The translations under genes were made by a program, and so were the position numbers. Below are positions 36,102-45,583 of a stretch of 64,000 bases of DNA, piece after piece (position 1 is the stretch's first letter; the number at the start of each line of letters is the position of its first letter). The notes under the pieces are model-generated. The model saw only the letters and a program-made list of their open reading frames with translations. It ran no database searches and was not told where the DNA came from. This DNA is from an uncultured Alphaproteobacteria bacterium (GTDB lineage Bacteria; Pseudomonadota; Alphaproteobacteria; HIMB59; GCA-002718135): the NCBI GenBank assembly GCA_902514875.1, contig CABXSY010000004.1, forward strand, positions 16,890 to 80,889, in the 5' to 3' direction.

Positions 36102-36170
36102 AATTTAAAAAGGCTCTAACATTGACTAAACACTCTTAACTAATTGCATAAGATATACTAAAAGAAGAAA

Positions 36171-36644
36171 TTGATGAAAATTATTCTTAAGTTTTTAATA
36201 GCGCTATATGTAGCACTTCCCAGCACTTTAATGGCGCTAGAAGTTGGTAAATGGTCTTTTGAGAAAGCTGATGAGTATTGTTATATTGGTAGTTTAGCAA
36301 CAGAGACAGATTTATCCAGTGATAAGAAGAGAGGAAACTTCTACGTTTTGGTTTATAAAAATATTGGTAACCCAGAAACCGTAGTACAGATAGAAGCTGG
36401 TTATAATTATAAAGTTCCATCTGATATAATTGTAAATATTGATAATGGAGAATACAAATTTTATACAACTGAAGATGTGCCTACTGCTGCTTGGACAGAA
36501 GAAGATAATAAAGTTATTTTTGCAATGAAAAAAGGACTTGAGCTTGTAGTTAGTGGTGAATCTTCTAGAGGCACTATAACAAATGACACATACACACTCA
36601 ATGGATTTACTGCAGCTTATAATAAATTAACTGAAGAGTGTTAA
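36171..36644 (+). CDS. Secreted hypothetical protein (possibly IalB-like)
   Basis: Signal peptide (ALYVALPSTLMA), Cys near both ends, ..YTLNGFTAAYNKL C-terminal segment. Divergent from rpoE. Confidence 0.5.
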   Translation: MMKIILKFLIALYVALPSTLMALEVGKWSFEKADEYCYIGSLATETDLSSDKKRGNFYVLVYKNIGNPETVVQIEAGYNYKVPSDIIVNIDNGEYKFYTTEDVPTAAWTEEDNKVIFAMKKGLELVVSGESSRGTITNDTYTLNGFTAAYNKLTEEC

Positions 36645-37838
36645 ATGCCTAAAAAAATTGTTTTAGCATATTCTGGCGGATTAGATACTAGTGTAATTCT
36701 TAAGTGGCTTCAAAATAAATATGAATGCCAAGTGGTTACATTCACAGCTGATATAGGTCAAGGAGATGAGCTTTCACCAATTGAGGCTAAAGCTAAAAAT
36801 TTAGGTGTAGAAGAAATATTCATTGAAGATTTACAAGAAGAATTCGTTAAGAATTATGTTTTTCCAATGTTCAGGGCAAATACTCTTTACGAAGGAACAT
36901 ATTTATTGGGTACAGCTATAGCCAGACCATTGATAGCAAAAAGACAAATTGAAATAGCAAAAATTGTTGGAGCTGATGCTGTAGCTCATGGCGCTACTGG
37001 TAAAGGTAATGATCAAGTTAGATTTGAATTAGGTTATTATGCAAATAATCCTAAAATTGAAGTAATAGCACCTTGGAGAGATTGGGAGTTTCAAAGTAGA
37101 AAAGATCTAATTGAATATGCAGAAAAAAATCAGATCACAGTTCCAAAAGATAAGATGGGCGAACCTCCATTCAGTACAGATGCAAATCTTTTACATACAT
37201 CTTCTGAGGGAAAACTTCTCGAAGATCCTTGGGTAGAACCTCCTGAGTATGTTTTTTCAAGAACAAATAACATTGAAAATGCACCAGATGAAGCTGAAAC
37301 ACTAATAATAGGATTTAAAAATGGTGATCCAATTTCAATTAACGAAAAAAAGTTAAAACCACATGAGATTTTATCAAGACTAAATTCAATAGCTGGTAAG
37401 AATGCTGTTGGAAGAATAGATCTTGTTGAAAATAGATTTGTTGGAATGAAATCAAGAGGAATCTATGAAACCCCAGGTGGCACTATTTTATTAAAGGCCA
37501 GAAGAGCAATTGAAAGCATAACACTAGATAAGGGTGAAGCACATCTTAAGGATGAAATTATGCCTAAATATGCTGAGTTAATTTATAATGGTTTTTGGTT
37601 TTCATCTGAAAGAATAGCGATTCAGAACCTAATTGATTCTACTCAAAGTAAAGTAAATGGAGAAGTTAAAATCAAAATTTTTAAAGGTAATGTAATAATC
37701 TTAGGAAGAAGATCTGAAAAAAACAGTCTTTATGATAATTCGCTAGTTTCTTTTGACGAGGTTGGTGATTACAATCAAAAAGATGCGGAAGGATTTATAA
37801 AAATTAACTCACTAAGACTTAAAAAAAACAATAAATAA
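36645..37838 (+). CDS. argG: Argininosuccinate synthase
   Basis: [26 protein letters not shown]. Confidence 0.96.
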   Translation: MPKKIVLAYSGGLDTSVILKWLQNKYECQVVTFTADIGQGDELSPIEAKAKNLGVEEIFIEDLQEEFVKNYVFPMFRANTLYEGTYLLGTAIARPLIAKRQIEIAKIVGADAVAHGATGKGNDQVRFELGYYANNPKIEVIAPWRDWEFQSRKDLIEYAEKNQITVPKDKMGEPPFSTDANLLHTSSEGKLLEDPWVEPPEYVFSRTNNIENAPDEAETLIIGFKNGDPISINEKKLKPHEILSRLNSIAGKNAVGRIDLVENRFVGMKSRGIYETPGGTILLKARRAIESITLDKGEAHLKDEIMPKYAELIYNGFWFSSERIAIQNLIDSTQSKVNGEVKIKIFKGNVIILGRRSEKNSLYDNSLVSFDEVGDYNQKDAEGFIKINSLRLKKNNK

Positions 37839-37841
37839 TTT

Positions 37842-38693
37842 ATGGGTTATGGTGATGATTTATTAGTAACCGCTTTAGCTTCAAAAATTAAAAAACAATT
37901 TCCTAATCGTCAAATTGTAATTGGTAGCGCAGAAAAAAAACGTGCATATCATTCAATTATTTATGAAAATAACCCCAACATATCAGATTGTAGGAGACTT
38001 GATAATTCTAAACCAATTCATGTTATTAATTATCATGTTGGAAATAGGCCATATATTGATTATGAAAAAAGTACTAGGTCAAAATATATTTGGAGAAAAT
38101 TTAAACCTGAACCAGGGCAGATTTTTTTTACAAAAGAAGAAAAAAATGAAGCTAAAAAAATAATTTCTCATGCTAACAAATTTTGGCAGGATCATCATCA
38201 TACCAAACACAAAGGTATAATATTCTTAGAAGCATCTTCTACAAAATTAAATGATAAACAATTTGGCATTAAGCAAAAAAACAAAGATTGGGGGTATAAT
38301 AATTGGAAAGAGTTAATAGAAAAAATAAAAGAAGATTTTTTAATAATTCAATCGATACATAAAGAAAGTAAAAAAATTCCTGGAGTTTTTACACCACACA
38401 ATATTGATTTTAGATTAGCCTGTGCCGTCCTAAATGAATCAGATCTGTATGTAGGTCCAGAGGGAGGTTTTGGTCATGTAGCTGCTGCATTAAACAAAAA
38501 GGCAGTATTATATTTTGGAGGTTGGATTTCTCCAGATGTTATAGGTTATGACTTTCACGAAAATTTATATTATAAAAATAAATTATCTCCTTGTGGAGAA
38601 TATAACAGATTATGCAAACATTGTGAGGAAGCTAGAAAAGCAATATCTGTTAATGTCTTTTTGAAACATATTTATAAAGTTACTTCCGATTAA
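37842..38693 (+). CDS. GT9-like (heptosyltransferase-fold) glycosyltransferase, short form
   Basis: MGYGDDLLVTALASKI and LYVGPEGGFGHVAAALNKKAVLYFGGW resemble GT9 N- and C-terminal motifs. C-terminal C-x7-C-x2-C. Confidence 0.5.
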   Translation: MGYGDDLLVTALASKIKKQFPNRQIVIGSAEKKRAYHSIIYENNPNISDCRRLDNSKPIHVINYHVGNRPYIDYEKSTRSKYIWRKFKPEPGQIFFTKEEKNEAKKIISHANKFWQDHHHTKHKGIIFLEASSTKLNDKQFGIKQKNKDWGYNNWKELIEKIKEDFLIIQSIHKESKKIPGVFTPHNIDFRLACAVLNESDLYVGPEGGFGHVAAALNKKAVLYFGGWISPDVIGYDFHENLYYKNKLSPCGEYNRLCKHCEEARKAISVNVFLKHIYKVTSD

Positions 38694-39567
38694 CACTAAG
38701 TTTTTTTTTACACGAAATAGAAGTATTTCTTAAAAGACAAGCAATAGTCATTGGACCAACACCTCCTGGAACTGGAGAAATAGCAGATACCCTTTTCTCA
38801 ACTTCATCGTATAATACATCTCCAACTAATTTATAATTATCTTCATTTAGCTGAACTCTATTTATACCTACATCAATTACAATCGCTCCTTCTTTCACCC
38901 AATCCTTATTAACAAACTCAGGTTTACCGATAGCAGCCACTAATATATCTGCATTTCTACAAATATTTTTTATATTAACAGTTTTAGAATGTACTATTGT
39001 AACTGTACAAGATTCTTTTAACAATAACTGAGCCATTGGTTTGCCAACAATATTTGATCTTCCAATTACAACAGCATTTTTGCCTACTAAATCAATGTTT
39101 AATTCCTTTAACATTAACAGACATCCATAAGGTGTGCATGGTATGAGTAAGTTTTCATCATTTTTTTGGCTTATAGAAAGTTTACCAACATTTATTGGAT
39201 GAAAGCCATCTGCATCTTTTGCAGAAGATATATTATCTAAAACCTCTTGTTCATTAAATGATTTAGGTAATGGAAGTTGTACAAGAATTCCATCAACATC
39301 ACTATTCTTGTTAAGTTTATCAATTAAGTCCAAAAGTTCCTTTTGACTTGTATTATTTTCAAGATGATAATCAAATACACGTATACCTACTTCTTTTGCA
39401 GCTTTCGTTTTAGCTTTTACATACACACTGCTTGCTGCAACATTTCCAACTTGGATAACAGCTAATCCTGGAACAAGTTTAAATTTTTCTTTAATATTTT
39501 CAATTTCAATTTTTAAAGTATCTTTCAATCTTTGTGCTATTTTTTTTCCATCTATAATTTTATTCAT
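38680..39567 (-). CDS. folD: Bifunctional methylenetetrahydrofolate dehydrogenase/cyclohydrolase
   Basis: PGLAVIQVG, YVKAKTKAA, GILVQLPLP, PVPGGVGPMT. Confidence 0.95.
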   Translation of the reverse strand: MNKIIDGKKIAQRLKDTLKIEIENIKEKFKLVPGLAVIQVGNVAASSVYVKAKTKAAKEVGIRVFDYHLENNTSQKELLDLIDKLNKNSDVDGILVQLPLPKSFNEQEVLDNISSAKDADGFHPINVGKLSISQKNDENLLIPCTPYGCLLMLKELNIDLVGKNAVVIGRSNIVGKPMAQLLLKESCTVTIVHSKTVNIKNICRNADILVAAIGKPEFVNKDWVKEGAIVIDVGINRVQLNEDNYKLVGDVLYDEVEKRVSAISPVPGGVGPMTIACLLRNTSISCKKKLSVNRK

Positions 39568-39851
39568 TAGTATCTAGGCCAATATTCGATTAATAAACTT
39601 TTCAAAAACCATAAACCTAAATAGACAACTATTGGAGATAAATCAATTGCACCAAAAGTAGGTAAGTATCTTCTTACAAAATTTAAACTTGGCTCACATA
39701 ATCGGTATAAGGCATCAAGGATGCTATAAACAAATCTATTACCAGTATTAATTACATTAAAGCTTACAAGCCAAGTTAAAATTATATAAATTATAAGAAC
39801 AAACTGAAATAAGTTTATAATTTGAATAATTAAATACAAAAGGGAATTCAT
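39567..39851 (-). CDS. YggT family membrane protein
   Basis: 94 aa, two TM helices, G.IDLSPIV motif. Confidence 0.8.
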   Translation of the reverse strand: MNSLLYLIIQIINLFQFVLIIYIILTWLVSFNVINTGNRFVYSILDALYRLCEPSLNFVRRYLPTFGAIDLSPIVVYLGLWFLKSLLIEYWPRY

Positions 39852-39909
39852 TATAAATTTTTATTTAATATCTACTATGCATTATGGCTGTAATTTAATC
39901 AAAAAAAAA

Positions 39910-39926
39910 GCGGTCCTTAAGACCGC
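39910..39926 (-). terminator. Rho-independent terminator after the substrate-binding protein gene
   Basis: GCGGTC-CTTAA-GACCGC hairpin flanked by A9 (upstream on plus) and T4. The T-run follows the stem on the minus strand. Confidence 0.75.
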
Positions 39927-39948
39927 TTTTATTGAAACAAAATTTGAT

Positions 39949-40782
39949 TTACATTGAGATATCTCTACCAAACCATTCTTTAGTTATTTCAGCAGTAGTT
40001 CCATCTTTAGACATTTCTGCAATTGCAGCATTCCACATCTCTAAGATATCTGTATCTTCTTTTCTTACTGCTCCACCAACACCATCACCAAAGACTCCGC
40101 CAGAAAAAGTTGGACCAGTAAATGCAACATCAACACCACCATCAGATTCCATAAAATCAATAATTGATCCGACGTCAGCTAGAACTGCATCACATCTCCC
40201 TGCAGCTAAATCCAAATTATGATCATCAACCGCTTGATATAGTTTAACTTCGACTGCACCAGACATGTGTTTTTCTAAAAAGTTTTGGTGAATTGTTGAA
40301 GATTGAACACAGACAGTTTTACCATCCATTGCAGCAATTAACTGACCGATTGCAGCTTGTTCTTTTCCGCCTGCATTATTAAGATTAACTTTAGCCATAC
40401 CTGCAATATTTAAATTTGCTAAACCACTATTTTTTAAGACAGCAAATCTAGCACCATCAGTCATGTATCCATTAGTAAAATTAACTTTTTCTTTCCTTTC
40501 TTCAGTAATAGACATTCCAGCAATAATAATGTCGTATTTACCTTGAAGAAGAGCAGGTATTATACCATCCCAATCTTGAGTTACCCATTCACAAGTAACC
40601 CCCATTCGCTTACAAGCTTCGTTACCAAAATCTATTTCAGCACCCTCAAGCTCACCAGCTGAATTAAGATTATTCCATGGTGGGTAAGCACCTTCTGTAC
40701 CAATTCTTATTGTTTGTGAATTTGCAATTGAAGCAACTCCAAAAATACCAATTGATAATAAGTATATTAAAATTTTTTTCAC
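39949..40782 (-). CDS. Periplasmic amino-acid/opine ABC transporter substrate-binding protein (family 3, OccT/HisJ-like)
   Basis: Signal peptide, IRIGTEGAYPPWN start of the mature protein, GYDIIIAGMSIT-type motif (KYDIIIAGMSITEER). Strong AAGGAGG SD. Confidence 0.85.
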   Translation of the reverse strand: MKKILIYLLSIGIFGVASIANSQTIRIGTEGAYPPWNNLNSAGELEGAEIDFGNEACKRMGVTCEWVTQDWDGIIPALLQGKYDIIIAGMSITEERKEKVNFTNGYMTDGARFAVLKNSGLANLNIAGMAKVNLNNAGGKEQAAIGQLIAAMDGKTVCVQSSTIHQNFLEKHMSGAVEVKLYQAVDDHNLDLAAGRCDAVLADVGSIIDFMESDGGVDVAFTGPTFSGGVFGDGVGGAVRKEDTDILEMWNAAIAEMSKDGTTAEITKEWFGRDISM

Positions 40783-40859
40783 GTTTCCTCCTTGAAGAAG
40801 TATTTCTAAATTATAGGGGAACCATATAAGCTAAATAAAAAAAAACAAAATAAATTGTT

Positions 40860-41246
40860 TCAGACCTTGTTTCGTTTGCTCTTAATTAATACAAAAAACA
40901 AGCCAATTATTAGTAATATAAAAGGAAAACTCCAAAGAAAGACATTATTATAATTCATTAATGGTCTAAAAAGAATGTATTCACCATATCTTTCAACTAA
41001 AAATTTCTTAATATCTCGCTCACTTTCTCCAGCTTTCAACTTATTTTTAACTATTTTTTTAATATCATTTGAGAATTCTGCATCTGAGTCATAAATGCTT
41101 TGATTTTGACACGTCATGCATCGCAACTCTAAGGTTAATTTTTTTACTCTCTCATCAATATTTTCAACTGCAAAAATTTTTAAAGTAAAAAACATAAAAC
41201 TTAAAATTATTATATGTAAAAATTTATAGAAGCGGCTCAATTTCAT
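40860..41246 (-). CDS. ccmH: Cytochrome c-type biogenesis protein CcmH
   Basis: LRCMTCQNQSIYDSDA CxxC motif, C-terminal TM. Confidence 0.9.
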   Translation of the reverse strand: MKLSRFYKFLHIIILSFMFFTLKIFAVENIDERVKKLTLELRCMTCQNQSIYDSDAEFSNDIKKIVKNKLKAGESERDIKKFLVERYGEYILFRPLMNYNNVFLWSFPFILLIIGLFFVLIKSKRNKV

Positions 41247-41748
41247 TTTTTAAAATATCCATTGTTATCGGACCCATAAATTTATAGATAATCTCACCAT
41301 CCTCATTAATTAAATATGTTTCTGGTAGACCAAAAACACCAAATTCTAATGCAATTAAACCATCAGAGTCTACACCAACAAAATCATATGGGTTTCCATC
41401 ATCCTTTAAATATTTTTTTGCATCAGAAGTTGGATCTTTGTGGTTTAATCCCAACAAATATAGTTCAGGATATTTTTTACGTATTTCAAAAAAAAGTGGA
41501 TGCTCTATTTTACAAGGACTACACCAAGAAGCAAAAAAATTAATTAAGGTCTTCTTATTTTTTATATCTTTTGTTTTGATTATATCTTTTGCATTATACA
41601 AAGAACTACTTTCAAAAATAGGAACATCTTTATTTAAGAGCGCACTCGGTGGTTTATTAGGATCTTTACCACTTAATAAATAAACTAGTGAAAAAATACA
41701 TATGATTAAAAGTACTATTAATGGTGTTAAAATAAATATCCTGTTCAT
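41224..41748 (-). CDS. ccmG: Thiol:disulfide interchange protein CcmG/DsbE (ATG at 41748 forms an ATGA overlap with the ccmF stop; ORF opens at 41802)
   Basis: FFASWCSPCKIEHP, GVFGLPETYLI. Confidence 0.9.
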   Translation of the reverse strand: MNRIFILTPLIVLLIICIFSLVYLLSGKDPNKPPSALLNKDVPIFESSSLYNAKDIIKTKDIKNKKTLINFFASWCSPCKIEHPLFFEIRKKYPELYLLGLNHKDPTSDAKKYLKDDGNPYDFVGVDSDGLIALEFGVFGLPETYLINEDGEIIYKFMGPITMDILKNEIEPLL

Positions 41749-43607
41749 CTTCTTGAAACTGCTATTAAGCCTGAATACATCATTATTATCACTCCAAGCC
41801 ATATAAAACTAACAAATGGATTAATTAAAACTTTTACAAACCACTCATTATTTTTTTGATCACCAAGGATAAAATATATGTCCTTATTCCACTGATGTAA
41901 AATACCAGCTTCAGATGTAATCATCTTTGACACTGGATAATAATTTTTTCCTGCCTCTACTTCTTTTGATTGATTTTTTTCAATATCAAATATAAATTTT
42001 CCTCTTAAAGATTGATAATTAATTTGATTAGTTGTTTCTATTTTTTCAAACAAAACTGTTTTTCCATTTACATTAAATTTATCTCCCTCATTAAGGTTAA
42101 AATCTAGCTCATTTTGAAAAACACTAGAACAAGTGATACCAATTATAGCAATACCAACTCCAATATGTGCTACATGAGGATTAATTATTTTGAAAAATTT
42201 AAAGTTAATTTTAATTTTATAGGAAGAAAATATAGCAATAATTGAAGCCAATATTATCCAAAAACCTAAAAGTAATCCAACAAAACCCCATGTATTAAAA
42301 TCCAAAAAATATGATTGAAGTATAACTAAAACACTTAAGATAATAAAAGCTAGAACATATTTTTTTGAATTATTTATCTTATTTGTTTGCCAGGATAAAA
42401 TTGGCGCAATACTCATTAATAAAAAACCAGGGATCATTATAGGAATTACTGTTGAATTAAAATAAGGGCCTCCAACCGATATTCTCTTATTATACAAAAC
42501 TTCAATTATAATTGGGTATATAGTTCCTAAAAGAATAGTTAAGGTAGCTATAATCATTAAAATATTATTTATTACAAGCGCTGAAACCTTATTGATAAAT
42601 AACAAGTTTAAAGTATTTGATTTTTTTGGTTCTTTTAACAAAAAAACTAAAAAACCAAATCCAGTTACAATAAAAAAAATTAGTAATATAAATATGCCTC
42701 TGGATGCATCTGCTGCGAATGAATGTACGCTTGTTAAAATACCAGATCTTACCAAAAATGTTCCAAAAACACTTAATGAAAAGCAAAGAATTGATAAAAA
42801 AACTATCCATTTTTTAATAGCTTGTTCACCTCTTACCATCATGAGTGAATGAACTAATGCAAGTCCAGCAATCCAAGGCATCAACGAAATATTTTCAACT
42901 GGATCCCAAAACCACCAACCACCCCATCCTAATTCATAATATGCCCAATATGAACCTAGGGCTATTCCACCAGTTAAAAAAGTCCAACTAATTAATGACC
43001 ATTTTTTAGCAACATACAGCCATTCATCATCTGTATTTTGAAATAAACCAGCTATTGCAATACTGAAAACTATAGAATAACCAACATAACCTGCATATAA
43101 AATTGGAGGATGAACAGCCAACCCAGGATCTTGTAAAATAGGATTTAAACCTAAACCCTCATTTACTAATATTGAATTAACGAGAAAAGGATTAGAGGTA
43201 AAAATTATAAATAGGCCAAACAAAGTATGAAGAAAAGCTTGAATAATCAAAGTTAATTTTTGAAAGTTATCCTCTATATTTTTAGTAAAAGAAAAAAAGA
43301 AGCTAAAAATAGATAATATACAAAGCCACAGAAGCATCGAGCCTTCATGATTCCCCCAAGTTCCTGAAATTTTATATACTAATGGTTTATTTGAGTGAGA
43401 GTTTTGAAAAACATTATAATTTGAAAAATCAGATACCACATAGGCATACATTAGTGAAAAAAAAGATAACAAAGTCAATAATGAAGAAAAGCGGATGAAT
43501 AAATTAAATTTCTGTTTTTTAAATTTAAATATGTATCTAGATAAAAATAAGTAAAAATTAATTCCTATGGCAAAAACTAAGCTTAAAAAACCAACTAATG
43601 AACTCAT
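41745..43607 (-). CDS. ccmF: Cytochrome c heme lyase subunit CcmF
   Basis: 620-aa polytopic protein, WGGWWFWDPVEN WWD motif. Confidence 0.95.
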   Translation of the reverse strand: MSSLVGFLSLVFAIGINFYLFLSRYIFKFKKQKFNLFIRFSSLLTLLSFFSLMYAYVVSDFSNYNVFQNSHSNKPLVYKISGTWGNHEGSMLLWLCILSIFSFFFSFTKNIEDNFQKLTLIIQAFLHTLFGLFIIFTSNPFLVNSILVNEGLGLNPILQDPGLAVHPPILYAGYVGYSIVFSIAIAGLFQNTDDEWLYVAKKWSLISWTFLTGGIALGSYWAYYELGWGGWWFWDPVENISLMPWIAGLALVHSLMMVRGEQAIKKWIVFLSILCFSLSVFGTFLVRSGILTSVHSFAADASRGIFILLIFFIVTGFGFLVFLLKEPKKSNTLNLLFINKVSALVINNILMIIATLTILLGTIYPIIIEVLYNKRISVGGPYFNSTVIPIMIPGFLLMSIAPILSWQTNKINNSKKYVLAFIILSVLVILQSYFLDFNTWGFVGLLLGFWIILASIIAIFSSYKIKINFKFFKIINPHVAHIGVGIAIIGITCSSVFQNELDFNLNEGDKFNVNGKTVLFEKIETTNQINYQSLRGKFIFDIEKNQSKEVEAGKNYYPVSKMITSEAGILHQWNKDIYFILGDQKNNEWFVKVLINPFVSFIWLGVIIMMYSGLIAVSRR

Positions 43608-44044
43608 TTATATTTTTTATTCCAATAACCTGTATCTTTCAGATCTTCTTTTATTGATGCAGGCATATAATTTTCATCATGTTTTGCAAAAACATTGTTT
43701 GCATTAAAAATATTTTTATCAACAAAAGCACCCTCTATCACTGCACCTTGCCCTTCTCTAAATAAATCAGGAAGAATGCCTTTGAAAGTAACAAGTATAG
43801 ATGCTTTTTCATCAGTAATTTTAAATTTAAATGAACTTGAAGAAATTTTATTAAAACTATTATTTTCTACAAAACCGCCTATTCTTATTACTTTATTTAT
43901 TATGATATCTGATTTATCAATTTCAGATGGTGTATAAAAATACGACACATTTTCTCTTGTATTATATAAAATAAGTAAGACTGCACTTAGTATAATTACT
44001 AAAGTAAGCATTATAAATAGCAATCTCTGAAATCGTAGACTCAT
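43604..44044 (-). CDS. ccmE: Heme chaperone CcmE
   Basis: N-terminal anchor, IRIGGFV, VFAKHDENYMP heme-binding His. Confidence 0.93.
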   Translation of the reverse strand: MSLRFQRLLFIMLTLVIILSAVLLILYNTRENVSYFYTPSEIDKSDIIINKVIRIGGFVENNSFNKISSSSFKFKITDEKASILVTFKGILPDLFREGQGAVIEGAFVDKNIFNANNVFAKHDENYMPASIKEDLKDTGYWNKKYK

Positions 44045-44145
44045 TTATTTTTTATTCTTCTAAGTTTTAAGTAACTAAAAAATAATAACAAAAAAATTAA
44101 AAGAAAGGCAGTGATATAAGATCCTAAAATATACCAAAAATACAT
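44041..44145 (-). CDS. ccmD: Heme exporter protein CcmD (34 aa; below the ORF-track size cut-off)
   Basis: Own translation: MYFWYILGSYITAFLLIFLLLFFSYLKLRRIKNK. Single TM plus basic tail. Stop overlaps the ccmE ATG as ATGA. Sits between ccmC and ccmE. Confidence 0.75.
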   Translation of the reverse strand: MYFWYILGSYITAFLLIFLLLFFSYLKLRRIKNK

Positions 44146-44206
44146 AGTTTCTAATATCAAAAATACTTAGGAATGATACTTAATCCAATGGACTAAAAGT
44201 CACAAA

Positions 44207-44905
44207 TTAACTTAAGTAAGATTTTCTTGAAATTATCTCTGTTTTTATTCTTAAGATGGCTATGGCTATTCCAATCATTATAAATGCAAATGTCATAATA
44301 ATTAAAGGCGTCATCATTGAAAGATCAATACTGGGTTTTGACAATTTACTTATTGTTGCTGGTTGATGTAGTGTATTCCACCAATCTACAGAAAATTTAA
44401 CTATTGGCAGGTTTACTGATCCAACAAGAATAAATATTGCGACAACTTTTTCTCTTACAATCCTATTTTCAAAAGATAAATTTATAAAAATAATAATTAG
44501 ATAAATAATAAAAAGAATTGCAACAGAAGTTAAACGAGCATCCCATACCCACCAAGTACCCCACATTGGCTTTCCCCATAAAGATCCACTTACTATACAT
44601 ATTAAAGTAAAAACCGCCCCTATTGGAGCTACTGCTGTATTAAAAATAAAACCAAATGGTATTCTAAAAGCAAGTGCCAAAATACTATAAATAGTCATTA
44701 TTGCATATGTTAGTAAAGCTAACCACGCACTCGGAACATGTACATACATTATTCTTACAGTTGATCCTTGTTGATAATCATCCGGTGATAGATAAATAGC
44801 AAACAATAATCCTAAGGCAAATAATACGATAGATAAGATTAGTATTGGTTTAAATATATAATCAGCTACTTCATTAAATTTACTTGGATTAACTAAGAAC
44901 TTCAT
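44207..44905 (-). CDS. ccmC: Heme exporter protein CcmC
   Basis: WGKPMWGTWWVWDARLTS WWD motif. Confidence 0.94.
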   Translation of the reverse strand: MKFLVNPSKFNEVADYIFKPILILSIVLFALGLLFAIYLSPDDYQQGSTVRIMYVHVPSAWLALLTYAIMTIYSILALAFRIPFGFIFNTAVAPIGAVFTLICIVSGSLWGKPMWGTWWVWDARLTSVAILFIIYLIIIFINLSFENRIVREKVVAIFILVGSVNLPIVKFSVDWWNTLHQPATISKLSKPSIDLSMMTPLIIMTFAFIMIGIAIAILRIKTEIISRKSYLS

Positions 44906-44906
44906 A

Positions 44907-45578
44907 CTAACTATTTTCTAATGAAAGTTTAAGACATAATCCGCTTGCCCAGGGATTTATAGCAAAAACTATTAATAATATTCCAAATAATATATTTATA
45001 AGAGAATTAAAGTTTTCTTCCATATTAATAATACCTACAGAAAAAATAATAATTGGAACGCTAAAGACCATAACTATGACACTACCCAGTAGAAAGTTTC
45101 TTTGATTCATTAAGTTCATAGAAGATGAAATTGAACCTAGGCAGGATAGAGTAAGTGATCCTATTCCAAAACTTGTAAATAAGTAAAACAGTTTATCATT
45201 TGGAATATTTAGTAAAATGCAGGCAATCGGTATTGATAATAAAAAAGGTACCTGTACAAAGAAAAAATGTGAAAAAGTTTTTAAAATAGTAATTAAACCA
45301 AAGCTAAACCCATTTAAATGTATAATCAAAAGATTGCCATTCTCAAAGTCATCTTGATAAAATTTTCTTAGAGATAAGGTTGAGCTTAATAGTAATAATG
45401 TCCACACTATAGCTACTCCTATTATAGAAATTGTTTCCTTATCTGGCCCAATAGAGAAAATAAAAATAAAAATTGAAACAAAAAAGAAAATTATATTTGT
45501 TAAAATATCTTGAAAGCCACTCATGTTTAATTTGTATTCTCTGTAGTAAAAGAAAATAATTTTATTTAAAAATTTCAT
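44907..45578 (-). CDS. ccmB: Heme exporter permease CcmB
   Basis: 6-TM ~220-aa protein between ccmA and ccmC. Confidence 0.85.
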   Translation of the reverse strand: MKFLNKIIFFYYREYKLNMSGFQDILTNIIFFFVSIFIFIFSIGPDKETISIIGVAIVWTLLLLSSTLSLRKFYQDDFENGNLLIIHLNGFSFGLITILKTFSHFFFVQVPFLLSIPIACILLNIPNDKLFYLFTSFGIGSLTLSCLGSISSSMNLMNQRNFLLGSVIVMVFSVPIIIFSVGIINMEENFNSLINILFGILLIVFAINPWASGLCLKLSLENS

Positions 45579-45583
45579 TATTT

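Noticed and set aside
36102-36170. Sigma-70 or ECF promoter calls in the rpoE divergent spacer (TTGACT ... TATACT)
   Set aside because: The spacing between the candidate -35 and -10 hexamers is too long (about 26 nt), and I do not reliably recall the ChrR-type ECF consensus, so no promoter is claimed.
39932-40222. 96-aa plus-strand ORF rich in Pro/Ser/Thr/Ala
   Set aside because: It is antisense to the GC-richer substrate-binding protein gene. It has no start context and overlaps the terminator hairpin, so it is a shadow ORF.
41316-41683. Two plus-strand ORFs (75 and 81 aa) inside ccmG
   Set aside because: They are antisense shadows of ccmG, with no signals and no recognisable motifs.
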